A stretch of DNA of 52,840 nt, taken from IMG/VR virus record IMGVR_UViG_3300045988_082043. One strand, given 5' to 3'. The position numbers were made by a program, and so were the translations under genes. Every line of letters starts with the position of its first letter. Position 1 is the first letter of the stretch. Origin of the DNA: a virus. This document shows, one piece after another, positions 15,136-22,611 of the stretch. The notes under the pieces were generated by a model that made no database searches, was not told the DNA's origin, and saw only the letters and a list, made by a program, of their open reading frames with translations.

Positions 15136-16023
15136 ATGAGCGAATTGACGCTGCGATTTGGGGAGGCCCGGCTGCACGTGGAGGGCGACGCCGATCTGGT
15201 GGCGCGCGAGCGAGCGGCGTTCCTGGAACACCTGGGCCGACTGGACCGCCAGAGCGAGAAGGCCGGTGAACTGCTGGCCGTGCTGCTCCGGGCCGGGCGC
15301 GCCCCCGAAAAGGCCGAGGAGCCTGTGAGCAAGAAGGCAGAGCCGGAGGAACCGGCGGAGGAAAAGAGTGCGACGCAGGACGACTTATGCAGGCTGCGGA
15401 GCATCCACGTCGGCTTCGTCAGCCCGTCCCAGTTGAAGCGGGCGAAGGCCGAGGGCAAGCTGGACCACCTGCTCGCCCAGCGCGACGAGATCGAGGTGCC
15501 GCTGGATACCGGCGGGACCGTCACCGTGGTCTGCTGCTACGTGACGCCCACTTCGGCCCGCTTCGTCTTCAAAGACTGCTGGGACGAGGGCGTGATGAAC
15601 GACGAGGCGACCAACAAGACCGGGTATTTCAAGAGCAAGGGCCGTCAGCACGTTTTGGAGGACATCTATCCGCACATCGCGGCGGAATGGCGGGAGATCA
15701 TCGTACCCAGGACCTTCGTGGAGACCATCGAGGGCGAGCGGGTGGAGTATTCGGACCCGCTGTGGCTGCCTTCGGCGACGGACGTGTTCGGCACGCCGGA
15801 CGGGGCCTGGTGGAACGACGGAGACGACGACTTCCAGCTCCCGGTTTTCACCTGTGAGCGCGACCGTGTGAAGGAGTGCGGCGACAAAGGAACGTATTTC
15901 TGGTGGCTCCGCTCCGTGTATGCGAGCTACACGACCGACTTCTGCAGTGTGTACACGGACGGGTCTGCGGACACCTCCAGCGCCTACTTTTCGATTGGCT
16001 TCGCGCCGGGCTTTGACATCTGA
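15136..16023 (+). CDS. second DGR target: non-structural protein with C-terminal DUF6273/CLec-like variable domain
   Basis: AAGGAGG lies 8 nt before ATG 15136. 295 aa. The C-terminus ...DPLWLPSATDVFG...TYFWWLRSVYASYTTDFCSVYTDGSADTSSAYFSIGFAPGFDI is homologous to the tail-fibre C-terminus. No signal peptide or TM was seen by eye. Confidence 0.85.
   Translation: MSELTLRFGEARLHVEGDADLVARERAAFLEHLGRLDRQSEKAGELLAVLLRAGRAPEKAEEPVSKKAEPEEPAEEKSATQDDLCRLRSIHVGFVSPSQLKRAKAEGKLDHLLAQRDEIEVPLDTGGTVTVVCCYVTPTSARFVFKDCWDEGVMNDEATNKTGYFKSKGRQHVLEDIYPHIAAEWREIIVPRTFVETIEGERVEYSDPLWLPSATDVFGTPDGAWWNDGDDDFQLPVFTCERDRVKECGDKGTYFWWLRSVYASYTTDFCSVYTDGSADTSSAYFSIGFAPGFDI
15898..16012 (+). repeat. DGR variable repeat VR2 (remote, ~15 kb from the TR)
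   Basis: Colinear with TR 890-1004 (offset 15008). This span has 17 differences and an 18th (TR1007 -> VR2 16015) lies just 3' of it. All 18 are at TR adenines. Same GC-rich 3' block and the same A->C at TR1003 as VR1. Confidence 0.9.
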
Positions 16024-16039
16024 TCGGAAATCGAAAAAA

Positions 16040-16063
16040 TCTCCGGTGCGTAAGCGCCGGAGA
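16040..16063 (+). promoter_or_regulatory. hairpin with GTAA tetraloop just downstream of VR2
   Basis: tctccggtgc-gtaa-gcgccggaga: 10-bp stem (one G.T), starting 17 nt after the stop. Same type and position as the hairpin after VR1. Confidence 0.6.
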
Positions 16064-16078
16064 GCAAAGGAGACAGCC

Positions 16079-16444
16079 ATGGTCACATTCGATATTTGCA
16101 AAGGCAATCCGGGCGCGCTGACGTTCGTGATGCTGGCCTATGAGTACAATCCGTATCGCGCCGAGGCAGCGTTCCGGCGTATGCAGAACAACGGCATCAC
16201 CGGGGACAAGCTGTATATGCTCTGGAATGACTGCTGCGACCGTGATGTGGAGCAGGCATTGGTCAACATGGAGTGCATGAGCATGGAGGAGATCGTGTCC
16301 CACATCAACTACGAAGGCGGACGGGGCATCCCCATTCCGAAGAAAGAAAATCTGTGGTGGCTCCGCTCGCCGTATCCGAGCCAGATGGGCGGTGAGCAGA
16401 TCGACGAGACCGGGCGCATCACAAGAAATCCATATCTGTTCTAA
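16079..16444 (+). CDS. hypothetical protein with a truncated WWLRSP (DUF6273-like) motif
   Basis: 121 aa, ATG 16079 after AAAGGAG. Carries ...KKENLWWLRSPYPSQMGG.... Nt 16355-16368 (tggtggctccgctc) match the TR/VR 5' segment exactly. Confidence 0.6.
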   Translation: MVTFDICKGNPGALTFVMLAYEYNPYRAEAAFRRMQNNGITGDKLYMLWNDCCDRDVEQALVNMECMSMEEIVSHINYEGGRGIPIPKKENLWWLRSPYPSQMGGEQIDETGRITRNPYLF

Positions 16445-16450
16445 AAAACA

Positions 16451-16494
16451 TTCTCCCCCGGCGCTCGCTGTGGGAAGCGAAAACCGGGGGAGAA
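16451..16494 (+). terminator. stem-loop after 16079..16444 (terminator or origin-type hairpin)
   Basis: 11-bp stem ttctcccccgg / ccgggggagaa with a 22-nt loop. No clear T-run. Lies upstream of the Rep-like gene. Confidence 0.4.
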
Positions 16495-16704
16495 ATCTTC
16501 AAGATTTTGCTGTGCGTGGGGTCATTTCCTACTACATATTGTACCACAATGCACGGATAAAGTCAAGATAGCGGCCTCGACGCGGGATGCAGAGAGGCGC
16601 GCCGCAACGCCGCCGGGAGGCGGCGGACGGGCTTGTAATGGGTATTATCCTTCTTGCGAAAAGCATCGAGGAAGGACCCGGAGACGATGCAAAGGGGTAC
16701 ACGG

Positions 16705-17544
16705 ATGATAAACAGGTCTTTCATACGAGAAAAGGTCGTCCACTGTGGGAAGAACTTCCTTTCACCGGAAATCTATCCGTATAGCGGGCAACAGCAGCAG
16801 GCGGTCGGACGAAAGCGCGGGAAGAAGGTCAATGTCTCCGCTCCGAAGCAGAAGAACCTCAATGATCGGAGAGCCAAGCGCTATTTCATCCAGCTTGCCA
16901 ACGGTAACTTCGGTGTGGGCGATCTGGTGGTCCATCTGACCTACGCCCCGGAGTTTCTGCCGGAGAGCGAGGAGGAGGCCGCGAAGATCGTCGCCAAGTA
17001 TCTGCGCCGGGTAGCATACCTGCGGAAGAAGCGGGGCCTGCCCCCTCTCAAGTATCTGCTTGTGACGCAAATCGGACGGAAGAAGGACGGGACCCACCGC
17101 ATCCACCATCACGTTCTGATGAACGGCGGACTGGACCGCGACGAGGTGGAAAACCTGTGGTGGGAGACCAAGGGCACAAAGGACCGGGAGCCGGTCATGT
17201 ACGGATGGGCAAACGCCGACCGCCTGAGACCGAACGCGAAGGGCATCGCCAGCATGGCCGGGTACATGGTCCAGGACAGCGCCGGGAAAAAGCACTGGAC
17301 GCAATCGCAAAATCTGGAAAAGCCGTGGCACCGGGCACCGAACGACCGGAAGTACACGCGCCACCAGTTGGACAAGATCGCCAAGCTGCCGGAGGACAGC
17401 GAGGAGTTCGTGCGTTTTTGGGAAAAGCAGTATCGCGGCTGGGAGCTGGTGGAGTGCGAGAAGTCGTTCAACGAGCAAACAGGATGGTATTTCTACCTGA
17501 CCATGCGGCGAGCGCATAGAAAACAGAACGGAGGGCTGAAATGA
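16705..17544 (+). CDS. HUH-type rolling-circle replication initiator-like protein
   Basis: Rep-like motif order: LVVHLTYAPEF (motif 1), THRIHHHVLMNG (HUH), IASMAGYMVQD (Tyr motif). Alternative starts at ATG 16687 and TTG 16654. Confidence 0.5.
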   Translation: MINRSFIREKVVHCGKNFLSPEIYPYSGQQQQAVGRKRGKKVNVSAPKQKNLNDRRAKRYFIQLANGNFGVGDLVVHLTYAPEFLPESEEEAAKIVAKYLRRVAYLRKKRGLPPLKYLLVTQIGRKKDGTHRIHHHVLMNGGLDRDEVENLWWETKGTKDREPVMYGWANADRLRPNAKGIASMAGYMVQDSAGKKHWTQSQNLEKPWHRAPNDRKYTRHQLDKIAKLPEDSEEFVRFWEKQYRGWELVECEKSFNEQTGWYFYLTMRRAHRKQNGGLK

Positions 17545-18092
17545 CAGGAGAAGAACAGTTCAAAGAGCTTTACCGGCGGTATATCCACCGGGAGGGCGCG
17601 GAGGAGCTTTTGGAATGGATGGAGCGGGAGACGGACTTTTTCACCGCGCCAGCCAGCACGAAGCATCACCTGGCCTACCCCGGCGGACTGGTGGAGCACA
17701 GCGTCAACGTGTTCCGGGAGCTGCGGAAGGTCGTGATCGACAACGAGCCGACGATGGAGGCTGTCGCCATCTGTGCGCTACTCCATGACCTGTGCAAGGC
17801 GAATACATACGTGCGGGAGCATCACGCGGGACCGGGCGAGGTCTATTCCTACGTGAAAAAGGACAGCTTCCCCATGGGACACGGGGAGAAGTCTGCCTAC
17901 CTGATCGCGCGGTTTATGAAGCTGGAAGACGAGGAGGCCCTGGCTATCCGCTGGCACATGGGCGCGTGGGACGATGCTGTGCGCGGCGGGAGCCGTGGCC
18001 TGAATGAGGCGATGAAGCTGCACCGCATCGTGTACGAGCTGCACGCGGCGGATATGCGGGCCACGCATATCGTGGAGGCTGGTATGGCATGA
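17541..18092 (+). CDS. HD-domain phosphohydrolase
   Basis: KHHLAYPGGLVEHSVNV...ALLHDLCK...GHGEKS: His...HD metal-binding pattern. Confidence 0.8.
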   Translation: MTGEEQFKELYRRYIHREGAEELLEWMERETDFFTAPASTKHHLAYPGGLVEHSVNVFRELRKVVIDNEPTMEAVAICALLHDLCKANTYVREHHAGPGEVYSYVKKDSFPMGHGEKSAYLIARFMKLEDEEALAIRWHMGAWDDAVRGGSRGLNEAMKLHRIVYELHAADMRATHIVEAGMA

Positions 18093-18664
18093 AGGGACGA
18101 CGCGGAGCGCTGGGCCAGTACCACGCCAGCATGAGCAACAACCGGGGCCATGATTTCGAGGAGGCCATCCGTCAGGCGTGCCTTCTGTACGCGAGCCAGG
18201 GCCGGGCGAAGGTGGAGAAGACGCCGGAGCCGTTCCGGGTGCTGGAAAAGCGGGAGGGCGGCATTTTCGTGGGCCGCTTCACCGCGCACGCCCAGCCGGA
18301 CTTTCAAGGCACGCTGGACGGCGGGCGAAGCATCATCTTTGAGGCGAAGTATACCACCACGGACGCCATGAAGCGGGACGTGCTGACGGAGACACAGATG
18401 GAGACCTTGGAACGGCACCACCGCTGCGGCGCGCTGGCGGCGGTGTGCGTGGGCATCCAGGACCGCTTTTTCTTCGTGCCGTGGCCGGTGTGGCGGGACA
18501 TGAAGGAAGCCTTTGGGCACATGAGCGTTTCGGCGGCGGAGCTGGAAGACTTCCGCGTACGCTTCACCGGGGCGGTCCTGTTCCTGGACTATGTACACAA
18601 GATCGGGGGCCGGTGGATAACCGGGGCCGACTGTGAAATCGAACGATGGAGAAGGAGTAAATAA
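18089..18664 (+). CDS. recU: RecU-like Holliday junction resolvase
   Basis: GHDFEEAI...LYASQGRAKVEKTPEPFRV...QPDFQGTLDGGRSIIFEAKYT matches the RecU core pattern (..fE..i..Y...a.i.K.PtP...DY.G...G..i.FEAK.T). Confidence 0.7.
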   Translation: MKGRRGALGQYHASMSNNRGHDFEEAIRQACLLYASQGRAKVEKTPEPFRVLEKREGGIFVGRFTAHAQPDFQGTLDGGRSIIFEAKYTTTDAMKRDVLTETQMETLERHHRCGALAAVCVGIQDRFFFVPWPVWRDMKEAFGHMSVSAAELEDFRVRFTGAVLFLDYVHKIGGRWITGADCEIERWRRSK

Positions 18665-18665
18665 C

Positions 18666-18911
18666 ATGAGCATTATGGAGATCATCTTTGCGAACTTCTG
18701 GACCTGGGCGGGCACGGTCGTCCTGGTGGCGACGCTGCTGGACGGCCTGGCGAACGTGATCGCGGCCATGCGCAAGCCGGAGCGCTCCGTGCGCCGGACC
18801 AGCTATTCCGACGGCACCAGCATCGTGCAGATCGACAACGCCACGGCGGCGGATGTGGACCGGGCCGTGCGCGCCATCAACGGAGCGGAAAGCGGGAGGA
18901 CTGGCCGATGA
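18666..18911 (+). CDS. small membrane protein
   Basis: 81 aa with an N-terminal TM (FWTWAGTVVLVATLLDGLANVIA). Confidence 0.5.
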   Translation: MSIMEIIFANFWTWAGTVVLVATLLDGLANVIAAMRKPERSVRRTSYSDGTSIVQIDNATAADVDRAVRAINGAESGRTGR

Positions 18912-19537
18912 AGCTGAAAAAGGTCGCGGCGCTGTGCAACAGCGCAAATGCGTTCTGCCTGTTCGACCGTGTGGACGGCGACGGAGTTGTGACACAGTGG
19001 CTTGGGGACGGGTGCTGCGCCTTTCCTCTCCACGGCCTGCCGGTGCTGTCGGAACCGGAGCTTTACCGGATGTTCGACGTATCGGAGAAGAAGCAGGACA
19101 AGATATATTTCAATCACAGTGCGCTGCCGGAGGGCCTGAACGTGGAGGACTGGTGCCGCTCTGAGGTCCGCGCGGAGGATATGGACGTGACGATCTCCTC
19201 CGGCGGGAAGGTGCTGATGCCGCTGCGCTTCCCCGGCGGGCTGCTGTTCATCCAGAGCAAGTACCTTGGGCCGCTGGAAGATCAGATGGATTTTCTGGAA
19301 CTCTACGTGCGCCGGTCGGACAGCGGCGGGCGTTACGTGGTGGCAAAGACGGGTATGCTGGTCGCGGGCGTGATCTTCCCGGTGCAGGCCGTGAACGAGG
19401 GCTTTTGCGACAAGCTGGAAGAACTGGCGTCGCTGACGCGGCGGGAGCTGGACAGGCATTTGTCCGCGCCGCCGGTGGCTGAGGAGGAAGACAAGGACCA
19501 GGAGAACGTCTTCGGAGGCAGCGATGGGGAAACGTAA
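18908..19537 (+). CDS. hypothetical protein
   Basis: 209-aa ORF, ATGA-coupled to the upstream gene. Confidence 0.6.
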   Translation: MKLKKVAALCNSANAFCLFDRVDGDGVVTQWLGDGCCAFPLHGLPVLSEPELYRMFDVSEKKQDKIYFNHSALPEGLNVEDWCRSEVRAEDMDVTISSGGKVLMPLRFPGGLLFIQSKYLGPLEDQMDFLELYVRRSDSGGRYVVAKTGMLVAGVIFPVQAVNEGFCDKLEELASLTRRELDRHLSAPPVAEEEDKDQENVFGGSDGET

Positions 19538-19703
19538 GCGGCCCATGCCGTCCTTCTACGGAAAGAACATCGCCCAGCACGCCCAGCGGCGATTTTTGGC
19601 CCGGTGGGAAGCAGAGCACCGGAAGAAAAGCGACCGTATCCTGATCGCGGATGAACTGGATAAAGCGCCGGACCGCACACAGGAGGCCCGGCGGGAGGAA
19701 TAA
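19524..19703 (+). CDS. hypothetical small basic protein
   Basis: 59-aa ORF below the track cutoff (MGKRKRPMPSFYGKNIAQHAQRRFLARWEAEHRKK...), overlapping the upstream gene. Confidence 0.4.
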   Translation: MGKRKRPMPSFYGKNIAQHAQRRFLARWEAEHRKKSDRILIADELDKAPDRTQEARREE

Positions 19704-19725
19704 GCAACAGAAACGAGGCTGACAG

Positions 19726-20211
19726 ATGCGCGAGAAAAACGTGAAAGAGATCGTCCGGTATTACTACGAGATACCGGAGATGGTGCGCCTGCTCAAGACG
19801 GAGCAGCGGGAGCGGGAGAGCTTGTACGACACGTTGAAGGGAACCGGCGGCGACGGGATGCCCGGAGGCGGAGGCCCTGGGAAGCCGGTGGAGGCCGCCG
19901 TGATACGGCTGGACGAGCGAGGCGTGTATGAGCGCCTGCAGGAGATACACGTGCGGCTACTGGTTTTGGAGGGCGACGCCGCTGCCGTGCGGGGCTGTTT
20001 GGATGGCCTTTCCGGTAAGTACAGAAGCATCCTTCAACTGCGGCACAAATGTCACCATAGCTGGGCGAATATCTCGGTACGCATGGGCGCGCCGGACAGC
20101 ACCGTGCGGAGCTGGCACGACAAAGCTGTTTTGTGCCTGGGCGAAGCGCTGGACGAGGTGCCCATGGCGGAGGAGCTTTTGGAGCGTGCTTCACGCGCGC
20201 GTACATATTAA
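19726..20211 (+). CDS. sigma-70 region-4-like / ArpU-RinA-type late transcription regulator
   Basis: 161 aa, the last gene of the rightward operon. The C-terminus KYRSILQLRHKCHHSWANISVRMGAPDSTVRSWHDKAVLCLGEAL resembles a sigma region-4 HTH. Confidence 0.5.
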   Translation: MREKNVKEIVRYYYEIPEMVRLLKTEQRERESLYDTLKGTGGDGMPGGGGPGKPVEAAVIRLDERGVYERLQEIHVRLLVLEGDAAAVRGCLDGLSGKYRSILQLRHKCHHSWANISVRMGAPDSTVRSWHDKAVLCLGEALDEVPMAEELLERASRARTY

Positions 20212-20395
20212 GCGCCGAAAAAATCGAGGGCTGGCGGGAGCTGCTTTTTCACCTGACTTTTGGTGAGGGCGGCGGCCCGGCGGCTGTGGGACGAGCTGTT
20301 TCAATTTCCTGTGTTTTTCTGTCAGTGAAATCGCGTGCGCAAAGACTGTTTCCGGCGGGAACGAATGGCCCGTGGGAAAACAATTTGCGAATGGC

Positions 20396-20452
20396 ATAAA
20401 AAGCACCCCGGCGGGCTGTTGGTCGCAGCCTGTCGGGGTGGCGTTCGTTTTA
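20396..20452. terminator. bidirectional terminator between the convergent rightward and leftward operons
   Basis: 15-bp stem caccccggcgggctg / cagcctgtcggggtg (20404-20440). It has two G.T pairs on the + strand, which become C.A mismatches on the - strand. Flanked by a run of A upstream (T-run for the - strand) and ttcgtttta downstream. Confidence 0.6.
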
Positions 20453-20499
20453 TGGCGGTTTTTGTGATCAAGACCGCCGATTTTGTGATCATGGGCGGC

Positions 20500-20724
20500 T
20501 TATTTGTTATCAGCGGGAGGGTCAAGCGTGAGCGGCTGGCCCTCGCGGGTCATGCGCTCAGTGCAGGCTTGGAGCACATACGCCTGGACGCTCTGCCCGG
20601 CGGCTTTTGCGGCGGCGCGGATGGCGTTGCCGACGGGCTTGACGGGCCGGGCACTGATGCGGTCGCATTTGGCGTTGTAGATGTCGTTGTTGCGGCGCTT
20701 GCTTTCGGGAATGGGCACGGTCAT
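20500..20724 (-). CDS. small DNA-binding-like protein (possible ribbon-helix-helix), last gene of the leftward operon
   Basis: 74 aa from ATG 20724, with GGAGGA RBS and ATGA coupling. MTVPIPESKRRNNDIYNAKCDRISARPVKPVGNAIRAAAKAAGQSVQAYVLQACTERM. The fold assignment is tentative. Confidence 0.45.
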   Translation of the reverse strand: MTVPIPESKRRNNDIYNAKCDRISARPVKPVGNAIRAAAKAAGQSVQAYVLQACTERMTREGQPLTLDPPADNK

Positions 20725-20981
20725 TCCTCCTTTTCGTGGTAGTCCGTCAGGTCGATCATGTTGATCGTCGGCGGCGGGGGCGTGAGCTTGTAGAAATGGC
20801 CGTTTTCGTAGTGCTGGTCGGTCACGCCGTCGTACCAGCAAATGTCCCCGTGGAGCGCCTGCGCGGCCTCCATGCGGGTCTGTGCCTGCTGCTCGGTCAG
20901 GCCGTCGAAGGTGAGGCGCTGGCCGTCGGCGAACTGGGCCACAAGACGGTAGGCGGGGAAAATGTCGGCGTTTTGGTCCAT
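20721..20981 (-). CDS. hypothetical protein
   Basis: 86 aa from ATG 20981, preceded by AAAGGAGG. Confidence 0.6.
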   Translation of the reverse strand: MDQNADIFPAYRLVAQFADGQRLTFDGLTEQQAQTRMEAAQALHGDICWYDGVTDQHYENGHFYKLTPPPPTINMIDLTDYHEKEE

Positions 20982-21006
20982 GGGAGCCTCCTTTGGATTT
21001 GGGTGC

Positions 21007-21035
21007 ATTATAACACGCTTGCGTGTATAAGTCTA
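21007..21035 (-). promoter_or_regulatory. internal leftward promoter with palindromic operator O3 in the spacer
   Basis: On the minus strand: TAGACT (21030-21035), 17 nt, TATAAT (21007-21012). The spacer begins with ACACGCTTGCGTGT (21013-21026), abutting the -10. Confidence 0.6.
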
Positions 21036-21039
21036 TGGG

Positions 21040-21306
21040 TTATTTTGCGTTGGAGCGGGCTTTGATGGCATCGCGGGCCGCAATCAGCAAGGCTAACTCC
21101 TGCCGGTTTTCTGTGCGCTGATGGTTTTGGACATAGCGCTCGGCGGTTTTGTACAGGCCAGCAAGGTTCATGCCGGGGCGGTCCGCCGCTTCCTGCAAAC
21201 AGGCTGCCAGGTGAAGAATGTGCTTGCGCTCGATCTCCTGCGCGGGTTCACTTTGGTCGCCCGCGATATAGGCGCGGGCCTGAGCATCGTTCAGCTTGGC
21301 TTTCAT
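21040..21306 (-). CDS. hypothetical protein
   Basis: 88-aa helical ORF in the operon. Confidence 0.6.
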   Translation of the reverse strand: MKAKLNDAQARAYIAGDQSEPAQEIERKHILHLAACLQEAADRPGMNLAGLYKTAERYVQNHQRTENRQELALLIAARDAIKARSNAK

Positions 21307-21351
21307 AAGGTCCCTTTCTCCCCGTATGCCCGGTAGGACAGGCGCATTTCG

Positions 21352-21501
21352 TTATCCGGCGTAGGTCAACTGTTCTTTCAGGTGCTCGATCTCGTGCTGC
21401 CAGGCCGGGGCCATGGGGCTGTCGGGGAAACGGTCAAGCGCTTCGTAAAGCTCGTCGAGGCGGGTGATGATGGCGTTTTCACTGGGGATGTTCCATTCCA
21501 T
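21352..21501 (-). CDS. hypothetical small protein
   Basis: 49 aa from ATG 21501 (MEWNIPSENAIITRLDELYEALDRF...), with AGGAG RBS. The upstream part of the track ORF looks spurious. Confidence 0.45.
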   Translation of the reverse strand: MEWNIPSENAIITRLDELYEALDRFPDSPMAPAWQHEIEHLKEQLTYAG

Positions 21502-21548
21502 TTTGTGCTCCTTCTGCCCTCGTGACCTCCGGGGCGGGATTTGGTTTG

Positions 21549-22517
21549 TTATTCGGTAAGGCCCAGGGCGCGGCGGGCGGCGGCTTCGGCGTTGGGGGTA
21601 AGCTGGCGCTGCCATGCGCTGTACTGGGGGGACCAGCGGAAGCCGTTTTGTTTCAGAGCGGCGCGGGTGTCCTCGTCGGGCTTTTCGTCAAAGAGGATTT
21701 GGAGACGGTCCGCTTCCAGGTTGCGGACGATCTCGCCGCCGGGGAACTTTGTACTGTCGGCGGGCTGTTCGGCCTGCTGGGCGCGCTTGTCCAGCTCGTT
21801 GAGGCGGGCCTGGACCCGCTTGATCTTGCCGCGAAGGCTGGTCAATTCGTAGTCGGGGACGGGAGACTTGACCCAGGGGCAGCGTTCCTTCGTGTCGGCA
21901 AAGCTGGCGGTGAGCTTGGCGGCGGCCTCGGCGGTCAGGCCGGGGAAGCCGTCGAAGGATTTGTGCTTGCGGTAGAAGGCGTTCAGGGCCTTGCTTTCGT
22001 CGAGCTTGTTTTGGAGCTTTTGGAGCTGGTCGGCGAGTATTTCGCGGGCGTGAGGGTCGGCCAGATCGACCGGGCCGGAGCCGACGGCCTCGATCTTGGT
22101 CAAGATGGCCTTGATCTCGTCGTACTCGTTCCAGAGGGTGCCTTCACGGGACATCTGCTTTTCGTGCTTGCGCATATTGTAGCCGCCTGCGCCGGAAATG
22201 AACTGGCTGGGATAGCTGGCCTGGTTGCGGTTGTAGTCGTTGGTCCACTCAGCAAGGCGGCGGGCGTAGCAGTCAAGAAGCGTGTCGAGCTTGTCGTGGT
22301 AGAAGGGGCTGACGCGGGCCTTTTTGGCATCCACCAGGGCGGCGGCCTTGTCTACGGCGCGGCGGTATTCCGCCGTTGCGCTGCCGGGCTTGTAGTCGCT
22401 CATGTGGACGCAGTAGTGAGCGTTGCGGGCCGTCTCCTCGTTGATCTCGTAGTAGCGGGCGGCGGGCGCGGGCGCTTCGGCGGTCTGCGGGCCGATCATG
22501 CTTGTTTGTTCGTACAT
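21549..22517 (-). CDS. DUF3560-like protein
   Basis: 322 aa. The C-terminus RLQILFDEKPDEDTRAALKQNGFRWSPQYSAWQRQLT matches, from memory, the DUF3560 C-terminal module common in conjugative-element leading regions. Confidence 0.6.
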   Translation of the reverse strand: MYEQTSMIGPQTAEAPAPAARYYEINEETARNAHYCVHMSDYKPGSATAEYRRAVDKAAALVDAKKARVSPFYHDKLDTLLDCYARRLAEWTNDYNRNQASYPSQFISGAGGYNMRKHEKQMSREGTLWNEYDEIKAILTKIEAVGSGPVDLADPHAREILADQLQKLQNKLDESKALNAFYRKHKSFDGFPGLTAEAAAKLTASFADTKERCPWVKSPVPDYELTSLRGKIKRVQARLNELDKRAQQAEQPADSTKFPGGEIVRNLEADRLQILFDEKPDEDTRAALKQNGFRWSPQYSAWQRQLTPNAEAAARRALGLTE

Positions 22518-22611
22518 TTTGTGTACCTCCGTTTTGTGTTTTGGGGTTTCGCTTATGGGGTCGGGTCGCTTTGTTGTCCGGTGCGGCCCGCGAAGGTGTC
22601 CGGCGGCGGGG
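22518..22611 (-). repeat. intergenic repeat module R1 (structured core + CA-rich leader/RBS)
   Basis: Fills the whole gap between two genes. The 57-nt core 22555-22611 is identical to 23527-23583. The leader reads ...CCCCAAAACACAAAACGGAGGTACACAAAATG on the coding strand. Confidence 0.8.

Noticed and set aside
20335-20742. 135-aa plus-strand ORF in the convergent intergenic region
   Set aside because: It runs through the bidirectional terminator hairpin and overlaps two minus-strand genes, and it has no RBS.
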